From Acidobacteriota bacterium (GTDB lineage: Bacteria; Acidobacteriota; Terriglobia; Acidiferrales; UBA7541): DNA of 64,000 nt. This document shows, piece after piece, positions 45,768 to 55,293 of the stretch. The first letter of the stretch is position 1. Every line of letters starts with the position of its first letter. The notes below the pieces were generated by a model. It did not search any database. It was not told the DNA's origin and worked only from the letters and a program-made list of their open reading frames with translations. Both the position numbers and the translations under genes were made by a program. The stretch is from assembly GCA_021780215.1 (NCBI GenBank), contig JAJXZD010000174.1, positions 3,286 through 67,285 on the forward strand, read 5' to 3'.

Positions 45768-46625
45768 TCAGGATCGAAGGAATGCGGCTGTCTCCCGAAG
45801 AAAAATCTCCAGCTGATCGTGATGCAGCCAGTGTCCCGCGCCGGGCACTCTCACAATCCGGCTGTTGCGGATGGCCTTTCTCCGCGGGTCCTCGTCGGGG
45901 ACGGGTAGAAAGCTCTCCAGTCCCCAGAAAAACAGCACCGGGCATTCGATGCGCTGGTAGAGCCCAATCGCATCTTCCCGGCGAAGCCCGTAGGGGGGAA
46001 TGACGCGCACGTAGTTGTCGAACTTCCAGACCAGCGAGCCGTCGGGGTCCCAGTTGGTTCCGTGCAGCGTCAGATGTTGTGCAACCTCGTCGGAGAGGTG
46101 CGGGTTGGCTTCCTTCATGCGCGCAACGGCGGCATCGAGGTTTGGATAGCTCTTCGAATGGCGCTTTTCCGCATCGCGAACCGCTTCGATCCAATTCAGG
46201 ATGCGCTGCCAGGGAGGCGCGTGGAGGGAGTGTTCGGGAGTGAAGGCCAGCCCTTCGATGGACACCGCCTTGCCCACGCGGGCCGGATAGACGCCGGCGT
46301 ATTCCAGCACGACGCATCCGCCCAGCGAATGTCCGATCAGGCGGGTGGGAAAATCGTTAATGATGTCGAGCAGGGCAGAGAGGTCGAGGACGTGCTCCGC
46401 GAGACTGTACATGGCTCCGGGCGCCCAGGCGCTGTTGCCATGGCCGCGCAGATCGAGCGCGTAGACGTGATAGTCCTTGCGCAGCGAGCGCGCCACCCAG
46501 TCCCAGTTCCTGGCATGGTCAAGCCCGCCATGAACCAGCACAAGGGACGGCTTATCGTTCTGTCCGTAATCCCAGAATTGCAGTTTGAGGCGGTCGGAGT
46601 AGAAAAAGTGGGAGATAGGTTCCAT
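45768..46625 (-). CDS. Alpha/beta-fold hydrolase
   Basis: 285 aa. Contains VLVHGG and the nucleophile elbow LIGHSLGG. Confidence 0.8.
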   Translation of the reverse strand: MEPISHFFYSDRLKLQFWDYGQNDKPSLVLVHGGLDHARNWDWVARSLRKDYHVYALDLRGHGNSAWAPGAMYSLAEHVLDLSALLDIINDFPTRLIGHSLGGCVVLEYAGVYPARVGKAVSIEGLAFTPEHSLHAPPWQRILNWIEAVRDAEKRHSKSYPNLDAAVARMKEANPHLSDEVAQHLTLHGTNWDPDGSLVWKFDNYVRVIPPYGLRREDAIGLYQRIECPVLFFWGLESFLPVPDEDPRRKAIRNSRIVRVPGAGHWLHHDQLEIFLRETAAFLRS

Positions 46626-46870
46626 GGGGCGATCGAGATGTCGTGTCCGCCGCTGCGGCCGCCTGCCAATCTATCACAACTCGCCGGGAAGCGTGATGGA
46701 GCTCCGCGGTCGGCGTGACGCATGGGAGAAAGGAAAATGCCGGGGCAGCCTCTCTCCTGTTGTAACCTTCTAAGTACGAGAGATAGCCGCGGTGCCATCG
46801 GTCAACCGAAAAGAGGTATTCTAAACAAAGTGCCGCGGACGACGCGGTGAGGGTTTGCTAGGACAAGACA

Positions 46871-48085
46871 ATGGCCGAGTTTGTCTGCAAAGTGGGGGAC
46901 GCTTCCGGGCGGATTCTCCAGCAGATTGAGTCAGCGCAATCGGAGAGCGAAGTACGCCAGAAGCTGTCCGAGCGGGGCCTGTATGTCTATTCCGTACGCA
47001 CCCATCTCAATCTGCTGACGAATTTCAGCCGGTCGCGCTCGGCGCGCACCATTCGGCCGAATGACTTCCTGATCTTCAACCAGCAGTTCAATACGCTCAT
47101 CAAAGCCGGACTGCCGATTATGAAAGCTCTCGATCTATTGGCGGAGCGGGCCGGAGCGCCCTGCCTTCGTCCGATCCTGGCCGACGTGCGGCAGCGCGTG
47201 CGCGAGGGAGCCTTGCTCTCGGACGCGCTGGCGGCGCAGGGGTCGTTTCCTCCAGTGTACGTGGCAACCATTACGGCAGGGGAGCGCAGCGGCAGCCTGC
47301 CTGGCGTGCTCGACCAATATATTGCGTATCTGCGGGTCAGCACGGGGTTTCGGAGCCGCCTGATTACCACCCTGATCTATCCGGCGGTGCTGATCCTGAC
47401 GGCGCTGCTGGTGGTCAGCTATGTGGTGACCTATGCGATGCCGCGTTTTGCGGAGCTCTACCACGGCTTGGATGTTCCCCTGCCGGCTCCCACGCGCATC
47501 CTTTTGTCGCTGGCCATGCCCCTTCGCGACTATTTTGTCGTTTTCCTGATAGCCATCGTTTTGAGCGGCTTTTTCCTATACCTCTGGACACGATCGGAAC
47601 GCGGCGCCCTGACGGTTGACCGCTTCAAGCCGCGCTTGCCGGTCTTTGGCGACGTCTGGGTGAAGACGCAGGTCTCTCAGCTTGTGCGCACGCTCTCGAC
47701 GCTGCTGGGCGGCGGCACTCCTTTGGTGCCCGCGCTGCAGACGTCGGCGGCGGCCATCGGCAGCCGGCTGATGGCGAGGTCCATCGAGCAGGCGGCCGAG
47801 CAGGTGAAGCAAGGCCAGCCGCTCCATTCCAGCCTGGCGAATACCCGCCTGATTCCGGACATGGCCCTGGAGATGATCGAAGTCGGCGAAGCATCGGGCG
47901 CCCTCGGCCCCATGCTGACCAGCGTCGCCGAATTTTATGAGGAAGAAGTGGGAACCAGCCTGCAGCGGATCCTTACCTGGATTCCGATCGTGGTTTTAGC
48001 CGTCATGGCCGTTGTGGTAGGCTTCATTTTGATCTCCCTTTATCTGCCCATGTTCTCGCTGCAGGTCGGAGCCGGCGGAGGATAA
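46871..48085 (+). CDS. GspF/PilC-family inner-membrane platform protein
   Basis: 404 aa with a duplicated T2SSF-domain pattern and three TM segments. It lies immediately upstream of the GspE-like ATPase gene. Confidence 0.85.
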   Translation: MAEFVCKVGDASGRILQQIESAQSESEVRQKLSERGLYVYSVRTHLNLLTNFSRSRSARTIRPNDFLIFNQQFNTLIKAGLPIMKALDLLAERAGAPCLRPILADVRQRVREGALLSDALAAQGSFPPVYVATITAGERSGSLPGVLDQYIAYLRVSTGFRSRLITTLIYPAVLILTALLVVSYVVTYAMPRFAELYHGLDVPLPAPTRILLSLAMPLRDYFVVFLIAIVLSGFFLYLWTRSERGALTVDRFKPRLPVFGDVWVKTQVSQLVRTLSTLLGGGTPLVPALQTSAAAIGSRLMARSIEQAAEQVKQGQPLHSSLANTRLIPDMALEMIEVGEASGALGPMLTSVAEFYEEEVGTSLQRILTWIPIVVLAVMAVVVGFILISLYLPMFSLQVGAGGG

Positions 48086-48090
48086 GCGTC

Positions 48091-49722
48091 ATGTCCGTGA
48101 CATCGAGGAACCCGGCCGAGGTCGGCCCCGGCGACAGCGCCTCCGAACGCGAAGAGGCGCAGCGGCTGGCCGAGCGGTACCGTTGCCCCTTTGTGGACCT
48201 CAACGAGCAGCGGATTGATCCCGAGCTGTTCCGCAGCATTCCCGCGGAAATGATGTTCCGCTATAACTTCGTGCCGCTCGAGGCGCACGATTCCACGCTG
48301 GTGGTGGCCCTGGTTGATCCCAGCCAGCTGCCGCTGATCGACGAGCTCTCGTCGTTACTGGGAAAGCGCCTCCAGATCAAGGTGGCCACGGCCTCGCAGG
48401 TCGGGGATCTGCTGAAGCGCACCGAGCAATCCCAGCGGGTGCTCGACCAGGCGACGGAAGGCTTCACGCTGCAGGTGGTGCGCGACGAGGAGGATAACGA
48501 CGAGAGCATCACCATGGAGAAGCTCACGAGCGAGAGCGGCGTGAGCCCCGTGGTTCGCCTCGTGGATACGGTCCTCTTCACCGCCCTCGAGCGGCGTGCC
48601 AGCGACATTCACATCGAGACCCGCAGTTCCGAAGTAGTGGTGAAATACCGCATTGATGGCGTGCTGCAATATGCGATGAAACCGTTGGACAAGGACTGGC
48701 ACGCCACTATCCTCTCGCGCATCAAGGTGATGAGCGAGCTCGATATCGCCGAACGGCGCGTGCCGCAGGATGGACGCTTCCGTGTGGGTTACAAGGGGCG
48801 CGACGTGGACTTTCGCGTCTCCATCATGCCCTCCGTACACGGCGAGGACGCGGTTCTGCGAATTCTGGACAAGGAAACTCTCAGCGAGAAGTTTCGCAAC
48901 CTTACCCTCGACGTCGTTGGATTCGAGCCCGAAGAAGTGACCCGATTCCGGCGCTACATCCACGAGCCGTACGGCATGGTGCTGGTCACCGGCCCGACCG
49001 GCTCCGGAAAAACCACCACGCTCTACGCCGCGATCAATGAAATCAAAAACGACGAGGACAAGATCATCACCATCGAGGATCCCGTCGAATACCAGGTGCG
49101 GGGCATTACGCAAATTCCTGTGAACGAGAAGAAGGGCCTGACGTTCGCCCGGGGCCTTCGTTCGATTCTGCGCCACGATCCGGACAAGATCATGGTCGGG
49201 GAAATCCGCGATCAGGAAACGGCCCAGATCGCCATCAACTCCGCCCTCACCGGCCATCTGGTCTTCACCACTGTCCACGCCAACAACGTGACCGACGTGA
49301 TCGGCCGTTTCATCAACATGGGCGTCGAGCCGTACAACTTCGTCTCCGCGCTCAATTGTATTATGGCGCAGCGCCTGGTGCGCACCATTTGCGAGAACTG
49401 CAAGAAAAGAGTGACGCTATCGCCGGAAATCCTCCGGCAATCTGGCCTCGATCCCGCGGAATGGGAACAGGTGCCGTTGTACGATGGCGCGGGGTGCCTC
49501 GAATGCTCGGGAAGCGGATATCGCGGCCGCACGGCCATCACGGAACTGCTCGATCTTTCCGACCGCATTCGCGATATGGTCATCAGCCGCCGTCCGACCT
49601 CCGAGATCAAGAACGCGGCGCGGGAGGAAGGAATGACCTTTCTGCGAGAATCGGGCCTGCGCAAGATCCGCGCCGGCTTGACGACGCTGCGTGAAATCAA
49701 CAAGGTGACTTTTCTTGACTAG
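48091..49722 (+). CDS. GspE/PilB-family secretion ATPase
   Basis: 543 aa. It has an N-terminal T2SSE_N-like domain, the Walker A motif GPTGSGKTTT, the Asp box, and the tetracysteine CENC..CLEC. Confidence 0.9.
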   Translation: MSVTSRNPAEVGPGDSASEREEAQRLAERYRCPFVDLNEQRIDPELFRSIPAEMMFRYNFVPLEAHDSTLVVALVDPSQLPLIDELSSLLGKRLQIKVATASQVGDLLKRTEQSQRVLDQATEGFTLQVVRDEEDNDESITMEKLTSESGVSPVVRLVDTVLFTALERRASDIHIETRSSEVVVKYRIDGVLQYAMKPLDKDWHATILSRIKVMSELDIAERRVPQDGRFRVGYKGRDVDFRVSIMPSVHGEDAVLRILDKETLSEKFRNLTLDVVGFEPEEVTRFRRYIHEPYGMVLVTGPTGSGKTTTLYAAINEIKNDEDKIITIEDPVEYQVRGITQIPVNEKKGLTFARGLRSILRHDPDKIMVGEIRDQETAQIAINSALTGHLVFTTVHANNVTDVIGRFINMGVEPYNFVSALNCIMAQRLVRTICENCKKRVTLSPEILRQSGLDPAEWEQVPLYDGAGCLECSGSGYRGRTAITELLDLSDRIRDMVISRRPTSEIKNAAREEGMTFLRESGLRKIRAGLTTLREINKVTFLD

Positions 49723-50704
49723 CGCTATCACTCTGGCAAACCTGGAAAGCCGCCTCTATCAGATGCCGTTGGTTCGCGCCGCGGACCGCTGGCTGCACGC
49801 AATGCCGCATCCGAGTTTGGTGGTGGAAATCGCCGCAGCGCATGTTGCGGCAGCGCGATGGGGCGGCGTACGAGGCGCGCTGGAGGGGACTTCCGTCGAA
49901 CCGCTGCCTGCCGGCTCGCTGATGCCCTCGCCGGTAGAGACGAACTTAGCTCAGCCCGAGGCGGTGCGTTCGGCGGTCCGCCGTGTTTTGAGTCGCGTTC
50001 CTCACCATGGCGCGCCGGTGGCTCTGCTGGTACCTGACCCCGTGGTCCGCGTTTTCGTCCTCCCCTATGAAACGCTACCGCGAAAAGCGGCGGATGCCTT
50101 GCCCCTGCTGCGCTGGCGGCTCAAGAAGAGCGTGCCCTTTGACGTCGAGGAGGCTGCGGTTTCCTGGATGAGGCAGAGCGGCCGGAGCGGGGGCCTGGAG
50201 GTCGTGACGGCCGTTGCGCGACAGAAGATCCTTCGTGAGTATGAGGAAATTGTCGAAGCAGAGGGGGCACGCGTCGGCGTCGTGCTGAGTTCGACTCTGG
50301 CCGTTCTGCCGCTTCTCGATGAGCGCGGGTCCACCCTGCTGGTCCGGCTCAGCGGAAGAACGCTCACCACCGCGATCGTATCCGGTGGATCGCTGTGCGT
50401 CTACCGTTCCACGGAAATGCCCGGCGAAGCGGAGAGTCTTAACCCGCAGGCCATGCTCGAAGAAGTCTTTCCGGCGGTTGCTTATTACCAGGACAGTTGG
50501 GGAGGGGAACTGGACCGGGCCATTCTGACAGGATTCGGGGAGAGGGAAGGCCTACTTCGGGAAACGCTGGCCCGCGAGCTGAAGACCCGCACCATCTCAC
50601 TCGCCGAAACTGAGGAGACGCGTGGCTTGGCCTCACCTGCCCAGGAGATTCTTCAGCGGGGCCTCGATAGTATGGCCGGTTGGGCCTTGAACAGGGGACG
50701 TTAA
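49715..50704 (+). CDS. PilM/GspL-like actin-fold assembly protein
   Basis: 329 aa. The call rests on its position ahead of the PilN/O-like genes and on the pattern LLVPDPVVRVFVLPYE..LRWRLKKSVPFDVEE. The start is uncertain: a TTG at 49715 or an ATG at 49763. Confidence 0.6.
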   Translation: MTSAITLANLESRLYQMPLVRAADRWLHAMPHPSLVVEIAAAHVAAARWGGVRGALEGTSVEPLPAGSLMPSPVETNLAQPEAVRSAVRRVLSRVPHHGAPVALLVPDPVVRVFVLPYETLPRKAADALPLLRWRLKKSVPFDVEEAAVSWMRQSGRSGGLEVVTAVARQKILREYEEIVEAEGARVGVVLSSTLAVLPLLDERGSTLLVRLSGRTLTTAIVSGGSLCVYRSTEMPGEAESLNPQAMLEEVFPAVAYYQDSWGGELDRAILTGFGEREGLLRETLARELKTRTISLAETEETRGLASPAQEILQRGLDSMAGWALNRGR

Positions 50705-50720
50705 ACCTTCAGGCGATCCG

Positions 50721-51287
50721 ATGAAGCTGCGCCTTAATCTCGCTACCTCACCGCAGGCGAACAATCGTCCGTTCCTCCTGGCTGCAACGCTGGCAGGCGC
50801 CGTGGGTCTCGTGGCGCTCTTCCTTCTTTCGCGTGCGGCCTACGTCTCCTGGCAAGCGCAGAGCGAGCTTCGCCTGCAAACCGCGCGCTGGGAGACTCAA
50901 ATTCGAGGAGATCAGCTGCAATATCAGCAGCTCGAAGCCTACTTTCGCGGCCCCGCGGCTAAGCAGGTCCTGGACCGGTCGGCCTTCCTGAACTCCCTGA
51001 TTGATGCGCGAAGCTTTCCCTGGACCCGGATTTTCATGGACCTCGAGCAGACTCTTCCCCCCGGCGTCCGGGTGGTAAGCATCTCTCCGCGCCTGAAAAA
51101 CGGCCGGGCGGAAGTGGAGCTGGAAGTGGGGGCCAGCAGCGACGAAAGCAAGATCGAGTTTCTGAAGGCCATGGAGACTTCCCGGATGTTTTCAGGTTTG
51201 ATCGTGAAGGGCGAGCGGCAGCCGCAGCAGCCCGGCGCAGGGGACAAGATTGTGCTTGACCTGACAGTCTGGTATTCGACGACATGA
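50721..51287 (+). CDS. PilN-like (fimbrial assembly) bitopic membrane protein
   Basis: 188 aa. The N-terminus MKLRLNLATSP is followed by a single TM helix and a coiled coil. Confidence 0.65.
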   Translation: MKLRLNLATSPQANNRPFLLAATLAGAVGLVALFLLSRAAYVSWQAQSELRLQTARWETQIRGDQLQYQQLEAYFRGPAAKQVLDRSAFLNSLIDARSFPWTRIFMDLEQTLPPGVRVVSISPRLKNGRAEVELEVGASSDESKIEFLKAMETSRMFSGLIVKGERQPQQPGAGDKIVLDLTVWYSTT

Positions 51288-51820
51288 TACCTCGCTGGAA
51301 AAAATGGATTGGCGCGTGTCTGGCCGCCTTGGCGATTGCCGATATCGGCTTGGGCCTGTTTCTCTGGAAAATGGCCAGTGAGGGGCCGGCCACCATGCGC
51401 GCCCGGCGGGATCGCTTGGCGGCACAGGCGAAGCTGCTTCGTGCGGACGTCCAGCGCGGCCAAAAGATACGCGTCTCGCTTCCTCAGGTAGGGAAGGATT
51501 GCGACACGTTCTATCACGTGTCCTTTCTCGACTCCTCGACGGGCTATTCCCAGATCGAGGGGGATTTGGACAACATCGCCCAGAGCGCGGGAGTTCGAAT
51601 CTCGGATTTGACGTACACGCAAAAAGAAGTGAAGGACCGCGGGGTCGCTCTTGTTTCGATCACTTCCAAGGTCGAGGCCGATTACCCGGCCATCATCCGG
51701 TTTATCAATGGCCTGGAGCGCTCCAAGAATTTTTACCTCCTCGACAGCCTGCAGCTCGCCTCCGCGAACGCCGGCGGAATTCGGCTGGAGATGAAGCTGC
51801 ACACATTTTTCAGGACCTGA
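51284..51820 (+). CDS. PilO/GspM-like bitopic membrane protein
   Basis: 178 aa. It overlaps the upstream gene by 4 nt, has a single N-terminal TM helix, and sits in the expected position in the cluster. Confidence 0.55.
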   Translation: MIPRWKKWIGACLAALAIADIGLGLFLWKMASEGPATMRARRDRLAAQAKLLRADVQRGQKIRVSLPQVGKDCDTFYHVSFLDSSTGYSQIEGDLDNIAQSAGVRISDLTYTQKEVKDRGVALVSITSKVEADYPAIIRFINGLERSKNFYLLDSLQLASANAGGIRLEMKLHTFFRT

Positions 51821-51823
51821 CGC

Positions 51824-52372
51824 ATGTCGCGACGCATTCAGAGCTACGTCCTTGCCGGACTGCTGGTGATCCTGGCGATTGTGCTGCTCCGCAGCAGGCA
51901 CTCAGAGGTTGCGAGCATTCCGGGCGTTTTTGCCGCCGACGCGCAATACCAGCCGCTGGACGTGCAGGAGCCTCAGCTTCGGGTTGATCTGCTGCAAAAA
52001 ATTCGGAAGCTCGAGTACGCGGGCGTTCATCGCAATATTTTTCTGGCGGCTCCGCCTCCGCTGCCCGTTCCCGCAGGACAGAAAGCGGCCAAGGCCGCCG
52101 AGGTGTTTGTCGGCCCGCGACTGCCGCCCCCGCCGCCCCCGCTGCAGGTCCCGGCGGAATTTTTCGGTTATGCTTCCGAGCGGGAAAGCGGAAGGCGCCT
52201 GGCCTTTTTCACGAGCGGCGATGATGTTCTGGTCGTCGCCGAGGGCGACACGTTCCTGAACCGATTCCGCTTGATCCACATTGGCAACGATTCGGCCGAC
52301 GTGGAAGAGATATCGAGCGGCCGCCACGCCATGATTCCGATGGTGCAGCCTCCCGGACAATCGACGCCATGA
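51824..52372 (+). CDS. PilP/GspC-like protein with a proline-rich linker (hypothetical)
   Basis: 182 aa. It has an N-terminal TM helix, a PPPLPVP..PPPPPPL linker and a small C-terminal beta domain. The assignment is by position only. Confidence 0.4.
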   Translation: MSRRIQSYVLAGLLVILAIVLLRSRHSEVASIPGVFAADAQYQPLDVQEPQLRVDLLQKIRKLEYAGVHRNIFLAAPPPLPVPAGQKAAKAAEVFVGPRLPPPPPPLQVPAEFFGYASERESGRRLAFFTSGDDVLVVAEGDTFLNRFRLIHIGNDSADVEEISSGRHAMIPMVQPPGQSTP

Positions 52373-53367
52373 GCAGCGTTTCAGCAACCTCCAGCATGCC
52401 TGCTGCCGCGCGGAGCAGCCCCCGCCGCTCCCGCGAGTCGGGCTACGCCTATCTCATGGCGCTGTTCATGATCATGGTCATGATTATCGGGTCGGAGGTG
52501 GTGATACAGAATCTGGCCACGAAAGGGCGCCGCACCCGCGAAGAAGAGATGATTTGGCGCGGCAACCAGTGCAAGCGCGCCATCCGGCTCTACTACCATA
52601 AGGCCGGCAAATACCCGCAGACCCTGGATGATTTGAAATCCGGCCTCCCGGACCTTCACTTTCTTCGGATCGAAGCTTATAAGGACCCGATGAATTCGGA
52701 TGACGGCAAGTGGCGGTTCATCTACACCAACGCGACGGGGCAGATCATCGGCAGCGTCAAGTACGCCACCTTGCAGCAGATGGCCATGATGGATATGAAT
52801 GGCGGGCAGTTGCCGACCACCGGAACAATTCCCGGCGCCGTACCTGTCTCTAGCATGAGTTCCTCCCCGGGACAAACCGGTCAAGGGGGGCAGGCAGGCC
52901 AAACAGGGCAGGCTGGCCAGACAGGGCAGGCAGACCAGACCAGCTCTCAGGGCGGTACCAGCACGCAGCAATCGGGTTCTTCTAGCTCGACCTCGTCGTC
53001 TCAGCCGGGCCAGACACCTCCCAATCCTTTTGCGGGACTGAAGCCGACAGGGCCGGTGGACGGCCCGGTCTTGGGAGGGTTCCTGACGGGCGTGGCGAGC
53101 AAGATTGACCGTCCCTCGGTCAAATTTTACAACGGTGGAAAGAAGTATTTGGATTGGGAGTTTATCTGGAACCCGATAGAGGACCAGGCGCGAGCTGCCC
53201 TCCAGCAAGGGCAAGGGGGGCAGGGGGTGGTCCCTGGCCAGCCCGGCCAGCCAATCATGCCCGGAGGAATCGGAGGGAGTCCATCGGTCGGACTCTCGGG
53301 GCCGGGAGGCCCTGGTGTATCAGCAAGCCCCGGTTCTCCCCAGCAGTCTCCCACTCCAGGGCCGTAG
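52369..53367 (+). CDS. Atypical GspG/pseudopilin-like protein with long Gly/Gln/Ser/Thr-rich low-complexity regions
   Basis: 332 aa. The hydrophobic helix is SGYAYLMALFMIMVMIIGSE, which lacks the canonical G/FTLxE prepilin site. A GspG-like segment follows (AIRLYYHKAGKYPQTLDDL), then GQTGQGGQAGQTGQAGQTGQADQT repeats. Confidence 0.5.
   Translation: MSSVSATSSMPAAARSSPRRSRESGYAYLMALFMIMVMIIGSEVVIQNLATKGRRTREEEMIWRGNQCKRAIRLYYHKAGKYPQTLDDLKSGLPDLHFLRIEAYKDPMNSDDGKWRFIYTNATGQIIGSVKYATLQQMAMMDMNGGQLPTTGTIPGAVPVSSMSSSPGQTGQGGQAGQTGQAGQTGQADQTSSQGGTSTQQSGSSSSTSSSQPGQTPPNPFAGLKPTGPVDGPVLGGFLTGVASKIDRPSVKFYNGGKKYLDWEFIWNPIEDQARAALQQGQGGQGVVPGQPGQPIMPGGIGGSPSVGLSGPGGPGVSASPGSPQQSPTPGP
52869..52941 (+). 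repeat. In-frame imperfect tandem repeat (9/18-bp periodicity) encoding (GQ[TA])n
   Basis: The sequence ggacaaaccggtcaaggggggcaggcaggccaaacagggcaggctggccagacagggcaggcagaccagacc lies within the pseudopilin-like CDS. Confidence 0.7.
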
Positions 53368-53556
53368 CTGTCGGCTCAAGCTTGTGGGGTGCGAGAACAA
53401 GCCTCAAGCGGTGGAGGTGACAAAGGCATCGCGGGCCTTGAGCCGATGCCGGAGACCCGCAGAACGGACTTTGCAAATTTTTCCGCGAAGATGCAAAATG
53501 GGTTTTGACAGATGCGGAATGGGACGACCGGATCCGCGAAGGAGTTGAATTCGGCC

Positions 53557-54102
53557 ATGGCTAGGGAAATAGCGCGGGGGGTTACCCTGGAAAAGCCCGG
53601 TGAGGATGGGGACTTTCTCAAGGACGGGGGAATTCTGTTTACCTCGCTCGACAAGCTGGTGAACTGGGCGCGGCGAAGTTCAATCTGGCCGATGTCCTTC
53701 GGCCTGGCCTGCTGTGCGATCGAGATGATGTCCATGGCTGCCTCGCGCTACGATATTTCCCGGTTTGGCGCCGAAGTTTTCCGGGGTTCTCCACGCCAGT
53801 CGGACATGATGATCATTGCCGGCCGCGTTTCCCAGAAGATGGCCCCGGTAATCAAGCAGCTCTATGCGCAGATGCCGGAGCCGAAATGGGCGATTTCCAT
53901 GGGTGCCTGCGCCACGTCGGGCGGCGTATTCAACAACTACGCGGTGGTCCAGGGGGTCAATCAGGTGATTCCCATTGATGTGTACGTCCCTGGCTGCCCG
54001 CCTCGTCCCGAGGCGCTTCTTTACGCAGTGTTCCAGATCCAGAAGAAGATTGATTCGGAGCGGGGCAGCTTCCTTCGCTCTCTGAATCTCTCAAAGAGCT
54101 AA
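53557..54102 (+). CDS. nuoB: NADH-quinone oxidoreductase subunit B (NuoB/NQO6), encoded without other nuo genes nearby
   Basis: Internal ATG at 53557. Contains the Fe-S motifs [18 protein letters not shown] and VPGCPPRPE. Confidence 0.9.
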   Translation: MAREIARGVTLEKPGEDGDFLKDGGILFTSLDKLVNWARRSSIWPMSFGLACCAIEMMSMAASRYDISRFGAEVFRGSPRQSDMMIIAGRVSQKMAPVIKQLYAQMPEPKWAISMGACATSGGVFNNYAVVQGVNQVIPIDVYVPGCPPRPEALLYAVFQIQKKIDSERGSFLRSLNLSKS

Positions 54103-54129
54103 ACCGTCCTAGAGGGCGCAGGTTTTCTC

Positions 54130-55194
54130 CTACCCGCGTACTTCTGCCTTTCCGCCGTCGAATTCCAGCGTGGTTCCTGCTTCCCAATGTTCCCTGCGGA
54201 CGTAGCCCATTCCAATTGACGCGCCGGCCGAGGGAGAGTAGGCCGCACTCGTCACGAAACCTGCTTCGGTGGCTCCCGCGAGCAGCTTTGTTCCGGGCGC
54301 GGGCGGCGCGGCGGCCGAAAATTGCAGCTGGACACGCTTGCGGTTCACGTGTCCGCGTGAACGTACCCGTTCGACGATTTCCTGTCCGGTATAGCAGCCC
54401 TTGTTGAAGCTGACGTGGGTATTCTCAAGTCCGGCTTCGTGCGGGATCATTTGGTCATAGAAGTCTGCGGGGAACCAGGGGACACCCGCTTCGAGCCGCA
54501 AGGCATGGAACGCATCGTGGCCGATGGGCGTGCCGCCGACCGCTTGTACTCGTAGAAGCGCTGTGCGCCAGACGGATGCCAGCGCATCGCGCGGGACGAT
54601 CAGTTGTGCTCCGGGCTGTCCGAAAAGCGAACGCCGCAGCAGGAAGCCTGCGGCACCTTCCCACTGGATTTCCTGCACCGCCATTTCCGGCAGGGTGCCT
54701 ATCGCCACGCCGCACAGCTGTTCAATCGCCTCCGGGGCCCGGGGCCCTTCGATGGCCAGGCTGCCCATGGCGGGCGTCACGTCTTCAATCACGACCTTCG
54801 AGGCGATCACGTATTTTCGTAGCGTGGTGACGGTTCGCTCTTGCAGCGAGGCGTGCGAGAGCAGAAGCAGATTGTCGGGCAGCGAGTATACCTCAAGTTC
54901 GGCCAGGATATGCCCCTGCGGATTCAGGAGAAGCGCAAGCAAACCGCGGCCGGTGGCGAGTGCCTTGATGTTATTGGACGTGATCGCGTGCAGATATTGC
55001 ACCCGGTCGCTTCCGGCGAGGCGCAGGATGGCGTGCCAGTTGGTGTCCAGCAACGCGGCGGCCTCGCGCCCTGCGCGATACTCCTCTTCGAAGCCGGCGA
55101 AGCGCTGCGGCAAGAGGCAGCCGTCGAATGCAGCGAGCTGCGCGCCCGCGGCGCGGTGGATTTCCAGTAAGGGCGTCTCCATGATCAGCGGCAC
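54130..55194 (-). CDS. ygfZ: Folate-binding YgfZ/CAF17-family protein (GcvT-like fold)
   Basis: 354 aa. Carries the signature KGCYTGQEIVERVRSRG. Confidence 0.8.
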   Translation of the reverse strand: MPLIMETPLLEIHRAAGAQLAAFDGCLLPQRFAGFEEEYRAGREAAALLDTNWHAILRLAGSDRVQYLHAITSNNIKALATGRGLLALLLNPQGHILAELEVYSLPDNLLLLSHASLQERTVTTLRKYVIASKVVIEDVTPAMGSLAIEGPRAPEAIEQLCGVAIGTLPEMAVQEIQWEGAAGFLLRRSLFGQPGAQLIVPRDALASVWRTALLRVQAVGGTPIGHDAFHALRLEAGVPWFPADFYDQMIPHEAGLENTHVSFNKGCYTGQEIVERVRSRGHVNRKRVQLQFSAAAPPAPGTKLLAGATEAGFVTSAAYSPSAGASIGMGYVRREHWEAGTTLEFDGGKAEVRG

Positions 55195-55293
55195 ACAATT
55201 CTCCCTTTTGTGATGGTATCAGATGCGCGGGAGAAAGTGCTGCTGCGGGCTGCGCGGCGCGTCGCCAGAGCTGTGGTAAATTCAAATGGACCC

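Noticed and set aside
52869-52941. A tandem repeat as a possible CRISPR or non-coding VNTR.
   Set aside because: The units are 9/18 bp, contiguous, without spacers, and in frame inside a CDS, where they encode GQT/GQA.
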